This document shows, piece by piece, positions 24,299 to 34,287 of a DNA stretch of 64,000 bases; the stretch's first letter is position 1, and each line of letters starts with the position of its first letter. Under the pieces are notes generated by a model. That model had not been told where the DNA came from. It saw only the letters and a list, made by a program, of their open reading frames with translations, and ran no database searches. The translations under genes and the position numbers were made by a program. The stretch is from an uncultured Prolixibacteraceae bacterium. Its GTDB lineage: Bacteria; Bacteroidota; Bacteroidia; Bacteroidales; FEN-979. The stretch lies in contig CAZSDU010000011.1 in assembly GCA_964605775.1 (NCBI GenBank), positions 1,228 to 65,227 of the forward strand. Direction: 5' to 3'.

Positions 24299-26674
24299 AT
24301 GAAACTGAAATATTATTTTATTCTGATTTTTGTAGGGCTGGCCTTACATGGATACAGCCAGCATAAAAAAACAGACGCTAATATTGTTGGTCATGTTATC
24401 AGTGGAACCGAACATCTTCCCTTTGTAAACATCTTTTTAAAAGGAACAAACACCGGAACGTCAACCGATGAAACCGGTCATTATCAATTGATCAATCTTC
24501 CCATTGGGAAATTTATTCTGCGTGCTCAAGTCATTGGTTTTGCCCCGCAGGAAAAGGAGGTTGAACTTAAATCCAACCAAACGCTTGAGGTTAATTTCGA
24601 CATGAAAGAGGATGCTTTGGGATTAGAAGAGATTGTGATTACAGGCGACCGTAATGAAAGAAATCGAAAGGAATCGGTTGTGGCAGTGAATACAATAACC
24701 CCAAAAATGTTTGATATTACCCAATCGGTTACGATCAGCGACGGACTTAATTTTTGTCCCGGGATCCGTACGGAAAACAATTGTCAGAACTGTGGTTTCA
24801 ATCAAGTAAGGATGAATGGAATGGAAGGACCTTATTCACAGATCCTGATTGATGGAAGGGCAGTTTTCAGTGGACTGGCTTCTGTTTACGGTCTTGAGCT
24901 AATTCCATCATCGATGATACAGCGGATTGAGGTCGTAAAAGGTGGGGGATCGGTGTTGTATGGGAGTAACGCGATAGCCGGGACAATCAACCTGATTATT
25001 GATGAACCCGTGAAAAATTCTTATCAGTTCGGTGTTAGCGGTGGATCTGTTGGGTCAGGAATAAAAAAGTCAGGGAATCCGGCATCCGAATATACAGTAA
25101 ACATGAATGGTTCAATTGTATCAAATGACCACCAATCCGGTTTATCCATTTTTGGTTTCTATCGCAACCGTCAACCATTTGATGCCAACGATGACGGGTT
25201 CTCCGAAATCTCAAAGTTATGGAATCTGACTTCAGGAACCCGTTTGTTTCATCGCTTTGGTGATCGCAGCAAACTAACGGGAGATTTTTTTGTGATCCAT
25301 GAAGAACGGCGTGGCGGTAACAAATTTGAACTTCCACCACACGAAACAGACATCACGGAGGGAGTTACCCATAACATAATTAACGGAGCACTCTCGTCTC
25401 AAACATATTTCCGGAAACAGGATGTCCTCTCAGTTTATGTATCAGGCCAGTATATTAACCGGGATTCATATTACGGGGCCAATCAGTCGCTGAAAGATTA
25501 CGGTCATACAACAGATTTTACATGGGTCGCTGGCGGACAATATCTTGCCAAATTTAAAAACAGCTCCCTGATTGTTGGCATTGAAAATCAGAAAAGTTCA
25601 CTAAAAGACACTAAACTGGGCTATCCTGATTATGAACATGCGGTGATTATCAATGACAGTATTCTTTCCATTCCACATACCATTAACACATTGATTACTG
25701 ATCAGTCAATAAACACCATCGGGGTCTTTGCCCAGTTTGAGCAAAAATGGAAATTCCTGACAGGTTCTATCGGTATAAGGTACGACAATTACGCGATCAA
25801 TGACCATGCGGGGGAATCAGATATCAATTCACGGGGTGTTCTCATTCCCAAGATTAGCATCATGACAAGTCCTATAAAAATCCTCCAATTCAGGGCCAGT
25901 TATGCCCAGGGATACCGCGCTCCCCAGATCTTTGATGAAGACTTGCACATTGAAACCTCAGGATCAAGGCAGGTAATCCACGTTAATGCTCCCGGATTAA
26001 AGCAGGAAACGAGCCACAGCACTATGGTTTCATTTGATCTTCAAAAAAAATGGAAGAATACAGCTGTATCCCTTCAAGTGGAAAGTTTCTTCACTTTTTT
26101 AAAGAATCCCTTTACGATGGAATATGGCTCTCCCGACTCAGCGGGAGTGGTCATCTATACCCGGTACAATTCAGATTACGGCGCAATGGTTTACGGAGTG
26201 AATATTCAGGCCGATATTGCCCCTGTAAAAAGAATCACTCTTTCCTCTGGTTTTACCTGGCAAAAAAGCAGATATGAAGTGGCACAGGAATTTGATGAAA
26301 AGAATTTTTTCAGAACGCCATCAACCTATGGTTTTATTACCCTGAACTGGGATCCTTTCAAGCATGCTGTTATATCTTCCTCGCTGAATTATACAGGACA
26401 GATGTTGGTCCCCTATTTCGGTCCCGACCAAACTGATCCAAACCAGGGGGAATTACGAACTTCGGGCAACTTCTTTGATTGGGGTATCAAGCTAAGCTAT
26501 ACCATTCCAATCAATGGGGCATCCCTTCAGGTGTATGGAGGAATGAAAAACATCCTGAATTCCTACCAGGATGATTTTGATCGTGGCATAAACCGTGATC
26601 CCGGGTACGTCTATGGACCTATGTTTCCACGGACATTTTATTTCGGTATGACCTTCGGGAACGCGATTTTGTGA
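24299..26674 (+). CDS. TonB-dependent receptor (CarboxypepD_reg + plug + barrel) with a CxxC motif in the plug
   Basis: MKLKYYF signal; GHVISGTEHLPFVNIFLKGTN.GTSTDE.G.Y.L.NLP.G (CarboxypepD_reg). Plug with GIRTENNCQNCGFNQVRMNGMEGPYSQILIDGR and IEVVKGGGSVLYGSNAIAGTINLI. The C-terminal barrel ends FYFGMTFGNAIL. The ATG at 24299 is preferred over the tracked TTG at 24272. Confidence 0.9.
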   Translation: MKLKYYFILIFVGLALHGYSQHKKTDANIVGHVISGTEHLPFVNIFLKGTNTGTSTDETGHYQLINLPIGKFILRAQVIGFAPQEKEVELKSNQTLEVNFDMKEDALGLEEIVITGDRNERNRKESVVAVNTITPKMFDITQSVTISDGLNFCPGIRTENNCQNCGFNQVRMNGMEGPYSQILIDGRAVFSGLASVYGLELIPSSMIQRIEVVKGGGSVLYGSNAIAGTINLIIDEPVKNSYQFGVSGGSVGSGIKKSGNPASEYTVNMNGSIVSNDHQSGLSIFGFYRNRQPFDANDDGFSEISKLWNLTSGTRLFHRFGDRSKLTGDFFVIHEERRGGNKFELPPHETDITEGVTHNIINGALSSQTYFRKQDVLSVYVSGQYINRDSYYGANQSLKDYGHTTDFTWVAGGQYLAKFKNSSLIVGIENQKSSLKDTKLGYPDYEHAVIINDSILSIPHTINTLITDQSINTIGVFAQFEQKWKFLTGSIGIRYDNYAINDHAGESDINSRGVLIPKISIMTSPIKILQFRASYAQGYRAPQIFDEDLHIETSGSRQVIHVNAPGLKQETSHSTMVSFDLQKKWKNTAVSLQVESFFTFLKNPFTMEYGSPDSAGVVIYTRYNSDYGAMVYGVNIQADIAPVKRITLSSGFTWQKSRYEVAQEFDEKNFFRTPSTYGFITLNWDPFKHAVISSSLNYTGQMLVPYFGPDQTDPNQGELRTSGNFFDWGIKLSYTIPINGASLQVYGGMKNILNSYQDDFDRGINRDPGYVYGPMFPRTFYFGMTFGNAIL

Positions 26675-26724
26675 TTGCTTCCATATCTGACTTTTACACT
26701 ATACTACTTGCAAGCAAAAGCGTG

Positions 26725-26880
26725 ATGGGATGAATAGGGAATCCCGTTAAAATCTGTAGCTATTCCCGTCGCCGTGAGCCTAGTGTTACGGCTGAATTTG
26801 TAAACAAGATGGGAACATAAAATCCTTCTTCAACAAAGATGAAGAAGGCGATCAGATTCAAGATCCGTTTCCAAAAGCAA
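26725..26880 (+). ncRNA. Cobalamin (B12) riboswitch-like element, orphan or decayed
   Basis: AATAGGGAATCCCGTTAAAATCTGTAGCTATTCCCGTCGCCGTGAGC (26733-26779) aligns without gaps to the remembered RF00174 core (AAnAGGGAAnCnGGTGnAAnTCCnnnGCnGnnCCCGCnnCTGTnAnC) and to the E. coli btuB leader (AATAGGGAATCCAGTGCGAATCTGGAGCT). It is followed by stem AGCC/GGCT, then GGGAAC, then a perfect 9-bp hairpin CCTTCTTCA/TGAAGAAGG (26824-26848). The B12-box is at best weak (CAGATTCAAGATCCG) and the P4 pairing is poor. Confidence 0.4.
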
Positions 26881-26988
26881 TCGGGGGCTCATATCAGGAT
26901 TAACCCAGAGTTATGCTTCGGCTGGATTTACATAAAGCCTTTGGTTGGCTTGATTTTGAATTACCCTAAAACTAGTTAGACTCTGGTT

Positions 26989-28701
26989 TTATTTGATTTT
27001 CACCAATCTGATCGTTTCCGTCATCTCTCCTGAGGATAAACGGCAGATGTAAATGCCCGGAGGCAGAAAACCCCCTGAAAAATGATAGTTGTAGTTTCCT
27101 GCCTTTTGCTTTTTATTCAGCAATCCCGCAATTTCCTTTCCGTATATATTAAAAATACCCATGGTAACCATGCCATCTTCCGGAAGGATGTAGCTGATGT
27201 TTGTCTCCTCCAGGAATGGATTTGGTGAACCCGAAAGGAAAAACGATGGCCGTGTCCTCAGGGCCTCGGTTATTCCTGTAATCTGAGGGATAATCCGGCT
27301 GTAATATACATCCTGTTCTCCGTTCAGGGTGTTTGCCCAGGCCAGATGGGCCCCGGAATTGTCGGATTCCATATCGAAATAATCCCCTAGTTTATCCTGC
27401 TGAGGATAACCGGCATGGGGATTGAACAAGAGAGAAAGTTTTTCATTTGGCGACCAGGTTTCCCCCTGATCCATGGACCAGGAATAATACAAGGCAGACA
27501 GGTGATCGCCCGGAGGAGCATCACGATTGTCAAGCCATACCGCGTCAATCCTTCCGTTAGGAGCCACCGACATAGTTCCGAACCACTGATAAAGCGTCGA
27601 GCTCTGGTCATCATTGATCCTTTTTGGACTGCTCCAGCTCAAACCTCCATCCATGCTTTTTGAGAACATCACATCCGCGGGATCATAGGAAGAAAGCCGG
27701 GCCACAGAGGCCAGCACATAAACATTTCCCTGTCCCGGGCCATTGGAGCGATCTACGTCGATATTGACCTGTCCTGTCAAACCGGCAGGATTAATCCCCG
27801 ACTGGCTGTAAATGAAACCGTCAAGGTCGACCTGTGAAGCAAATTCCCAGTCAACCTGAGCACCCGGTATCTTGGCAGAATTTGATTTAGCCACGATGGC
27901 TCCATTTGTTTCCCCGGCCCCTGAAATATATAATTCTCCTTCATTCCCCAGCGCCATAATTCCCCAGTATGGGTTTCCCGATACCTCCACACAACTTTCG
28001 TAAAACTGACCCTGATTTGTGGAACGGGTAAAAAATCCGGGAGAACAGGAAGAATAATAAGAAGTCCAGAAGGAATATATATTTCCACTTCCGCTTCCTC
28101 CGCTTTTATCAATGATCATCCATTGCTTGTCTCCCCCGTGAGCCTCAACACCCTCATCCCAGATTTCTCCACCATTAACACTTTTAAACACCTTACAGGT
28201 GAAAGTTGAGCCATCAGAGGTTAAACTGTTATAATAGAAATTTCCTTCGGCATCACATTCCAGCACGGGGTCTGACCTGAAAACGCCCGATTCAATGGAA
28301 CCCGGGAAAGTCCAGCTTTGACCTCCATTGGTTGAAAAACCATAACCGGCCTGGCGGAAATTGCTGTTCACATCATCAAACTGTCTCCACCCGATGGCCA
28401 TACGAGCAGGATTTAGCGGATCAATGGCAATGGAAGGTTCGTTGGCAGCATCACCAAGGATGTTGTTCCCTTCTGCATCCACATTGACCTGAACCGTCAT
28501 GATCCCGGTTGATTTATAATTAGAGGCAGGGGAAGTCCGTGGATTTTGACCCGGATATGAAAGGTGCTTATGATCGGGTACTTCCCGGTGGGTCTGGATT
28601 TTTTCTTCCCTCGATACCGGGATATTCTGACTAAAAAGATCAGTTCGGTTGATGAACAGCATCCCTGAAACCATGATCAGGGTAAGGAATACATTTTTCA
28701 T
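26989..28701 (-). CDS. BNR/Asp-box repeat (sialidase-fold-like) secreted protein with a T9SS type-A CTD
   Basis: Asp-box motifs STNGGQSWT, SVNGGEIWD, SMDGGLSWS and SMDQGETWS. C-terminal SPNPFLEETNISYILPEDGMVTMGIFNIYGKEIAGLL....AGNYNYHF.....PPGIYICRL.SGEMTETIRLVKIK. Confidence 0.8.
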   Translation of the reverse strand: MKNVFLTLIMVSGMLFINRTDLFSQNIPVSREEKIQTHREVPDHKHLSYPGQNPRTSPASNYKSTGIMTVQVNVDAEGNNILGDAANEPSIAIDPLNPARMAIGWRQFDDVNSNFRQAGYGFSTNGGQSWTFPGSIESGVFRSDPVLECDAEGNFYYNSLTSDGSTFTCKVFKSVNGGEIWDEGVEAHGGDKQWMIIDKSGGSGSGNIYSFWTSYYSSCSPGFFTRSTNQGQFYESCVEVSGNPYWGIMALGNEGELYISGAGETNGAIVAKSNSAKIPGAQVDWEFASQVDLDGFIYSQSGINPAGLTGQVNIDVDRSNGPGQGNVYVLASVARLSSYDPADVMFSKSMDGGLSWSSPKRINDDQSSTLYQWFGTMSVAPNGRIDAVWLDNRDAPPGDHLSALYYSWSMDQGETWSPNEKLSLLFNPHAGYPQQDKLGDYFDMESDNSGAHLAWANTLNGEQDVYYSRIIPQITGITEALRTRPSFFLSGSPNPFLEETNISYILPEDGMVTMGIFNIYGKEIAGLLNKKQKAGNYNYHFSGGFLPPGIYICRLSSGEMTETIRLVKIK

Positions 28702-28735
28702 AACACTATCAAATTAAATATTTTTTCCACTTCAT

Positions 28736-30781
28736 TTACCAGATCTTCACCCTTAGGCTGTCAGGCCGCCACATGGCATCTCCTTCTTTAATCCCGAAAG
28801 CAGCATAGAATTCAGGGATATCAGACAAAGTGCCATTGACCCTGAACTTTGCCGGCGAATGAACGTCGCTGCGAACCTGGTTAGCAATGGCCTCCGGACG
28901 GTCGTTGATCATCCAAGCCAGAGCATAGGCCAGAAAATATCGCTGATCGGGAGTCAGTCCTCCGATGATCTCCTTGTTGATATACTGAGGCCGTTTCTGG
29001 AAAGCCTGGTAGCCTATGATAATCCCTGCCAGATCGGCAATGTTTTCGCCCTGGGTCTGGGAACCATTTATGTGCAAACTATCGGCGGCAATATATCCAT
29101 CAAACTGGCTGACGATCATTTTTGTTTTGTTAAAAAACCGGATGCTGTCCTCTGCCGTCCACCAGTTATTCAGGTTGCCGAATTCATCGTATTTGCAACC
29201 CTGATCATCAAAGCCATGGGTCATTTCATGCCCGAAAGTGGATCCACCAATAATGGAATACAGTATGGCATCATCGGCCATCACTCTTTCATACCCTGGA
29301 ACAATGATATTGCTGCCTGGAACACAGATCTCGTTGTTGGATGGATTATAATAGGCATTGTAAGTCTGGGGATCCATATTCCATTCCTGGCGGTCAACCG
29401 GTTTACCAAATTTTGAGATGTTATAATTGAACCACCATTGGTTCCCGGCCATCACATTCCGCAGGTAGGAATTTCGGCTGATCTGCAGATTGCTCATGTC
29501 CTTCCATTTATCCGGATAACCCACCTTCATGATCATCCCATCCAGTTTCTTCAGGGCTTTTTGCTTGGTGCCTTCGCTCATCCAGTCAAGCGCTTTGATC
29601 CTTTCGGCGTATACCAATTTGATGGCATTACCGATCTCTATCAACTTCTCCCTGGTACCCTTTGGAAGGTACTCATCCACATAAACTTTCCCGATCAGGG
29701 CCCCCAGGGTTTCATCGGTCTGCTCCACTACCCTTTTCCATCTAAGCTTAGGCTCTTTCACTCCCCTCAAAGTAGTGGAATAGAAATGAAAAGTTTCCAA
29801 ATAGGTCTTATCATCCATGTAGTTTGAAAGTCCACTGATCAGGTGGATTTTCAAATAATTTTTCCAGTCGTTCAGGGCAAACGAATTCAGATTGCCATTG
29901 ATCCCCTTTAAAAATTCAGGTTGTCCGACAATGACCGTATCGACCTTCTGAATCCCTGTGACAGTAATAAATTCATCCCAGAAGAAAGCAGGCATGATTT
30001 TTTTAAGCTGTAAAAAGGATATCTTATGGTAGTTTTTCAGCGGATCGCGGGTATCTTCCAGTTTTCTGGATTTTCCCGCCATTTCAGTTTCCAATCTCAT
30101 GACCTGGGCAGCTGCTTTCCCTGCATTTTCTTCGGTATATCCCATGATCACAAACATATGATTGAGATATTCCAGAAATTTTTGCCTGACCTTAACAGCC
30201 TGTGGATCCTTATCAAAATAATACGAGCGTTCGGGCAAACTCAATCCTCCCTGATTGATAAAGATGGCATATTTACTGCTGATCCGGTCATCCTGTCCCA
30301 CATAAAATGAAAACAGTGGGGCGGAAGATATCGTATGGATAGTGGCCACTTCTCTGGCCAACCCGTTCAGATCATTGATGGCATCGATACGATCAAGGTT
30401 TTCTTTAAGCTCAGAAATGCCTTTATCGTTTAAAACCAAGCTGTCCATCCCGGAATAGAAGAAATCGCCGATCTTTTGTTTGTTGCTCCCCTGTGGCTCA
30501 TCCTTAAGTTTTGCAGAAGACTCACAAATGTTTCTAATCTGGGCATTGATGGTATCCCCGATCAGTTGCCAAAGGCCATTACTCTGTTCACTGGCAGGAA
30601 TGGGATGCTCTTTAAACCATTTTCCGTTGGCAAAGAGAAAAAAGTCGTCTCCAGGCCTGACGGTTGAATCAATATGGGAAGCCATGGCATCGGTTTCCTG
30701 CCTCGAAAGCGTTTGATGAGTGCAGGAGAAAAAACCTGAGATCATCAGGGTCAGCGTGAGGGAAAAAAGGAAATTTTTCAT
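28736..30781 (-). CDS. M13 family metallopeptidase (PepO/endothelin-converting-enzyme-like)
   Basis: Zinc motif GHEMTHGFDDQG, GENIADLAG, NAYY.P..N.I..P, and a C-terminal W typical of M13. Lipoprotein-type signal (GFFSC). Confidence 0.9.
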   Translation of the reverse strand: MKNFLFSLTLTLMISGFFSCTHQTLSRQETDAMASHIDSTVRPGDDFFLFANGKWFKEHPIPASEQSNGLWQLIGDTINAQIRNICESSAKLKDEPQGSNKQKIGDFFYSGMDSLVLNDKGISELKENLDRIDAINDLNGLAREVATIHTISSAPLFSFYVGQDDRISSKYAIFINQGGLSLPERSYYFDKDPQAVKVRQKFLEYLNHMFVIMGYTEENAGKAAAQVMRLETEMAGKSRKLEDTRDPLKNYHKISFLQLKKIMPAFFWDEFITVTGIQKVDTVIVGQPEFLKGINGNLNSFALNDWKNYLKIHLISGLSNYMDDKTYLETFHFYSTTLRGVKEPKLRWKRVVEQTDETLGALIGKVYVDEYLPKGTREKLIEIGNAIKLVYAERIKALDWMSEGTKQKALKKLDGMIMKVGYPDKWKDMSNLQISRNSYLRNVMAGNQWWFNYNISKFGKPVDRQEWNMDPQTYNAYYNPSNNEICVPGSNIIVPGYERVMADDAILYSIIGGSTFGHEMTHGFDDQGCKYDEFGNLNNWWTAEDSIRFFNKTKMIVSQFDGYIAADSLHINGSQTQGENIADLAGIIIGYQAFQKRPQYINKEIIGGLTPDQRYFLAYALAWMINDRPEAIANQVRSDVHSPAKFRVNGTLSDIPEFYAAFGIKEGDAMWRPDSLRVKIW

Positions 30782-30903
30782 ACCATAAGGGATTTCGTAA
30801 AACTTGAAAATTAAGAATTTATTTGCTGTAAAAGTAATTCATTCCATTGTCTTGGAAAAAGTCAATCTATATAGCCTGACAAAAAGTCGCCACAGGCTCT
30901 TTT

Positions 30904-31713
30904 TCAAGGTATTAAAAAATTAATTTTTGCCGCAGTTGCTGAATGGCATAGCCGGAATCCTATATAACCATAACGGTATGCCGGGTTCGCACTTTCCCGG
31001 TCGCTTATCCTCAGTCCCGAATAGTCATAAAACCAACTTCCGCCCCTGATCACCCTGAAGTCGCCTAGATCAGGCCCCTTTGGATTAGACTTGGGTGAAA
31101 CCATATACCAGGTTGGGGAATACCAATCTGAACACCATTCAAATACATTGCCGCTCATATCATATATTCCCAGTTCATTTGGTTTTTTAAGTCCCACGGG
31201 ATGGGTCTTCTGATCCGAAGATCCAACTTTCCAGGCAACAGAGATGTCGGTGTTGCTTCCACTGTATTTGTATCCCTTTGATGCAGCGCCACCCTTTGCG
31301 GCATACTCCCATTCCGCTTCCGTCGGAAGACGGAAATTCATTTTTGATTTTTCATTCAGTTTCTGAATAAATTCCTGAACATTGTACCAGCTTACCCGTT
31401 CAACCGGACAAAGCAGGCAACCTTCAAAATAACTCTTATTGGTATCCTGGTCCATGATCATTTTCCACTCGGCCTGGGTTACCTCATATTTCCCGATAAA
31501 AAAATCGTTTAACACGACTTCGTGAACAGGGCGTTCATCCTCGCATCCCAGCTTCCATCCCATCATATAAGAGCCACCCTGGACGAAGACCATTTCCGGG
31601 GAAAATTCCTGGGCTGTGGTAAACCCAAGAGCAGAAAAAAATAAAAAGATAAATCCGGTTATAAAGTGCATTGAGGGCATGGATAAAGAATCTATTTTAT
31701 GGCTTTTCCCCAT
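30904..31713 (-). CDS. Formylglycine-generating-enzyme (SUMF1/FGE-sulfatase) domain protein
   Basis: MVFVQGGSYMMG, YEVTQAEW, PVERVSWYNVQEFIQKLN, FRLPTEAEWEYAAKGG, GIYDMSGNVFEWCSDWY and RVIRGGSW. The true start may be the internal MHFITG (31671). Confidence 0.85.
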   Translation of the reverse strand: MGKSHKIDSLSMPSMHFITGFIFLFFSALGFTTAQEFSPEMVFVQGGSYMMGWKLGCEDERPVHEVVLNDFFIGKYEVTQAEWKMIMDQDTNKSYFEGCLLCPVERVSWYNVQEFIQKLNEKSKMNFRLPTEAEWEYAAKGGAASKGYKYSGSNTDISVAWKVGSSDQKTHPVGLKKPNELGIYDMSGNVFEWCSDWYSPTWYMVSPKSNPKGPDLGDFRVIRGGSWFYDYSGLRISDRESANPAYRYGYIGFRLCHSATAAKINFLIP

Positions 31714-31902
31714 AAAAAAGTCAGGGTTTTCATTTCTTCTTTCACATCCTCCTTATTTTTGCAATGAAGAACCTGCTCATCCATGAAATTGAAATTTTCG
31801 GGGGAATCGTATTGCTGAATACTGGATAAAACTGATTGTTGCTCCCATTAACAGTATTCCTGGGAACAGGAATGTTTTAATTTTGCTCCTATTGCTCATG
31901 AT

Positions 31903-33900
31903 TTATTGATGATTTACTGAATTCTGTATCTTTTTCTTTATATTATCAAATACTTCCTTCGCAACTTTCCCATGCAAGCTGTCGGTATTGACCTGCATGG
32001 CCATCGATAGGTCCAAAGCCGGAATATATTCCATGATAGTGATATAACCGGGAGCAAAACCGGTATGTCCGTAACAGTCCAAGCCATTGGTTTCTCCAAT
32101 AATACAACCGAGCCCGTACCTTGCATTCGCGGGAAGGGTTGTGGAAAGAAGGGAAGGGGTGATCATACATTTTCTCATGTCAGTTGAAAGCATTTGTCCG
32201 CCATAGAGTTTCCCTGCCCAGGAGGCAAGGTCTGATACATTTGTAATCAGTCCGCCACCTGTCCATTCAAGCTGGGGATTGAATGCATACTGACCCTTAT
32301 TCACAACCTTAGGTGGTAGCAATATCTCCTCTGTGAGTTCGGTATAGCCCGGAATGAGACCAGGTAGATTCCTGCTATAGACAGGAAAGGTATGGGAAAG
32401 TTTGCAGGGGACCAGTATCATTTCATTCAGTACATCTTCATATCGTTTTGATGTTGCTTTTTCGATGATCGCTCCCAGCAGGATGTAGTGTGAATCGGAA
32501 TAAGCCCATCCTGCCCCTGGTGGATTTGAAGATGGATCATTTTTAATGAAGTCCATGCGTTCTTCAACACTCCATGTTTTGTCTGGATCCTTGTGAACCT
32601 CTTGCCAGAGTTCTTTATGATTAACATATTCGGGTACACCAGCGGTATGATTCAGTAACATGGCCAGGGTAATTTCCCCGGCATTGGGAATATTCCGGAA
32701 CCAGGCCTCATTGCCCAGGTAATCGGAAGCTTTTGCATTTAACCTGAGCTTTCCCTGTTCGACAAGTTTCAAAACTACTGCTGCCACAAAAGTCTTACCC
32801 ACGCTCCCTGAAAACATCAAGCCCCCGGAGGGCATGGGAATCAGTTTTTCCATATCAGCATATCCCGCTACCAGAGAAAGGTGTGTTCCGTCATGGAACC
32901 GCAGGGCTAAGGTAACTCCAGGCACTCCCTGATTTCGGATCATCGCATCCAGTTCCTCCTGAATTTCTTCTCTTCCGTCAAGCCAGTGCAACAGCTTAAG
33001 TGTAAACCGGGCATTCTGCGGAGCATCCGGGGAATTAAACCCTACCGGAAACTGTGCGTTCGCGATCTGTGCGGTGAACATGGCAGCTTCACCAAACACA
33101 GCAACTTTTCCTTTGCCATAGTTCAGCAGGGCTCCCTGTTGGAGGCCATCCAGGCTTTGCCGTGGTATTCCAGGTTGAAAATTCCATGCTGTATCTGGCT
33201 GAATGGACCAGTGTTCAGGCCTGAAGCTGAGTACCGGAATGGCTGCGGTTGGAGATTTGAATGCCGAACCGGTAAAGGTGACGACTTTGTCAACAGGCTC
33301 CGGTACCTTATCTCCGTAAGTTATGGGTGATTCCCGGAGTGAACTGTCAACCTTGGTGAAGCAGGAAGGAGGCCAGGATCGTTCAGCGGTAAAGGCAAAT
33401 CCATTTAGGAATTCAAATCCAAATGCTTTTCCGAGCTGGGATGCTGCTCCTGCAAAAGGCATATGGTCGGCTATGAGCAGCAAACAGCCGCCGTTTCTGA
33501 CCCATTGTACGATCAGCGCAATCTCTTCGCCGGTGAATGCCGGGGGAGTAGGCAGTATCCACCTGCCAACATTGGAAGCATCGAGCGCATTGGCAATCAC
33601 CAGTATCCTGCAGTCTTTCAGATTATCCAAGCTAACGACAGATGCGATCAAGGAACCCACCCTGTAACCATCTTGTTCTAATAGTTTACTGAAAGCAAAA
33701 AAACCTCCCCCTTTGGTATGAAAGTTATGATGCGCTTGATCAATCAGCACGATGGGGCCATGAGAAAAGGGATAGGCAGGATGCGGATTATTAAACCTGA
33801 AAACTGTATCTGGTGCCTGTTGAGCCCGTGCATCAACTGACAGGACAGCAAGGAAAAGAAGCGAGGGCAGTAATGAATTGAAAGGTCTGAAGTGTTTCAT
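31903..33900 (-). CDS. Two-domain secreted protein: N-terminal unknown domain fused to a serine hydrolase (beta-lactamase/PBP4*-like) domain
   Basis: The C-half has the SxxK motif (FSGSVGKTF), LLNHTAG, a YSDSHY-type motif and GHTG. The ~300-aa N-half (VLIDQAHHNFHT..., ILVIANA...) was not assigned. Confidence 0.8.
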   Translation of the reverse strand: MKHFRPFNSLLPSLLFLAVLSVDARAQQAPDTVFRFNNPHPAYPFSHGPIVLIDQAHHNFHTKGGGFFAFSKLLEQDGYRVGSLIASVVSLDNLKDCRILVIANALDASNVGRWILPTPPAFTGEEIALIVQWVRNGGCLLLIADHMPFAGAASQLGKAFGFEFLNGFAFTAERSWPPSCFTKVDSSLRESPITYGDKVPEPVDKVVTFTGSAFKSPTAAIPVLSFRPEHWSIQPDTAWNFQPGIPRQSLDGLQQGALLNYGKGKVAVFGEAAMFTAQIANAQFPVGFNSPDAPQNARFTLKLLHWLDGREEIQEELDAMIRNQGVPGVTLALRFHDGTHLSLVAGYADMEKLIPMPSGGLMFSGSVGKTFVAAVVLKLVEQGKLRLNAKASDYLGNEAWFRNIPNAGEITLAMLLNHTAGVPEYVNHKELWQEVHKDPDKTWSVEERMDFIKNDPSSNPPGAGWAYSDSHYILLGAIIEKATSKRYEDVLNEMILVPCKLSHTFPVYSRNLPGLIPGYTELTEEILLPPKVVNKGQYAFNPQLEWTGGGLITNVSDLASWAGKLYGGQMLSTDMRKCMITPSLLSTTLPANARYGLGCIIGETNGLDCYGHTGFAPGYITIMEYIPALDLSMAMQVNTDSLHGKVAKEVFDNIKKKIQNSVNHQ

Positions 33901-34287
33901 ATTAACCTCTGAGCAGATTATTAATCCAAAAGTTACAGACTGAATAAATGATTTTTCTTAGCCTGTCGAGCACTTTCCTCTTAAACTGCATCCGCCTGTT
34001 CGGAGCCGGCAAAACAGAAGTAATGCCAATCAGTAAAAAAATGATGAGCAAGCGCATAAGACAGAGTGAATACACAAAGTTATGGCAGAATTCACTTACA
34101 ACAACTATAATCGGTGATCGCCGCTATTATCTTGATGATTTGCCTTCCTTCATTTCTTCAAAAAAATCCTGCTTTTTCTTAGATTCCCGGCGATGCATGA
34201 TCTCCTACCGGTCGCATGGATCATTTACTGAGCAAATAAACAAGACCCGGAAAATGCCAATAGCATCCATGGGATTAATGGGCTGCA

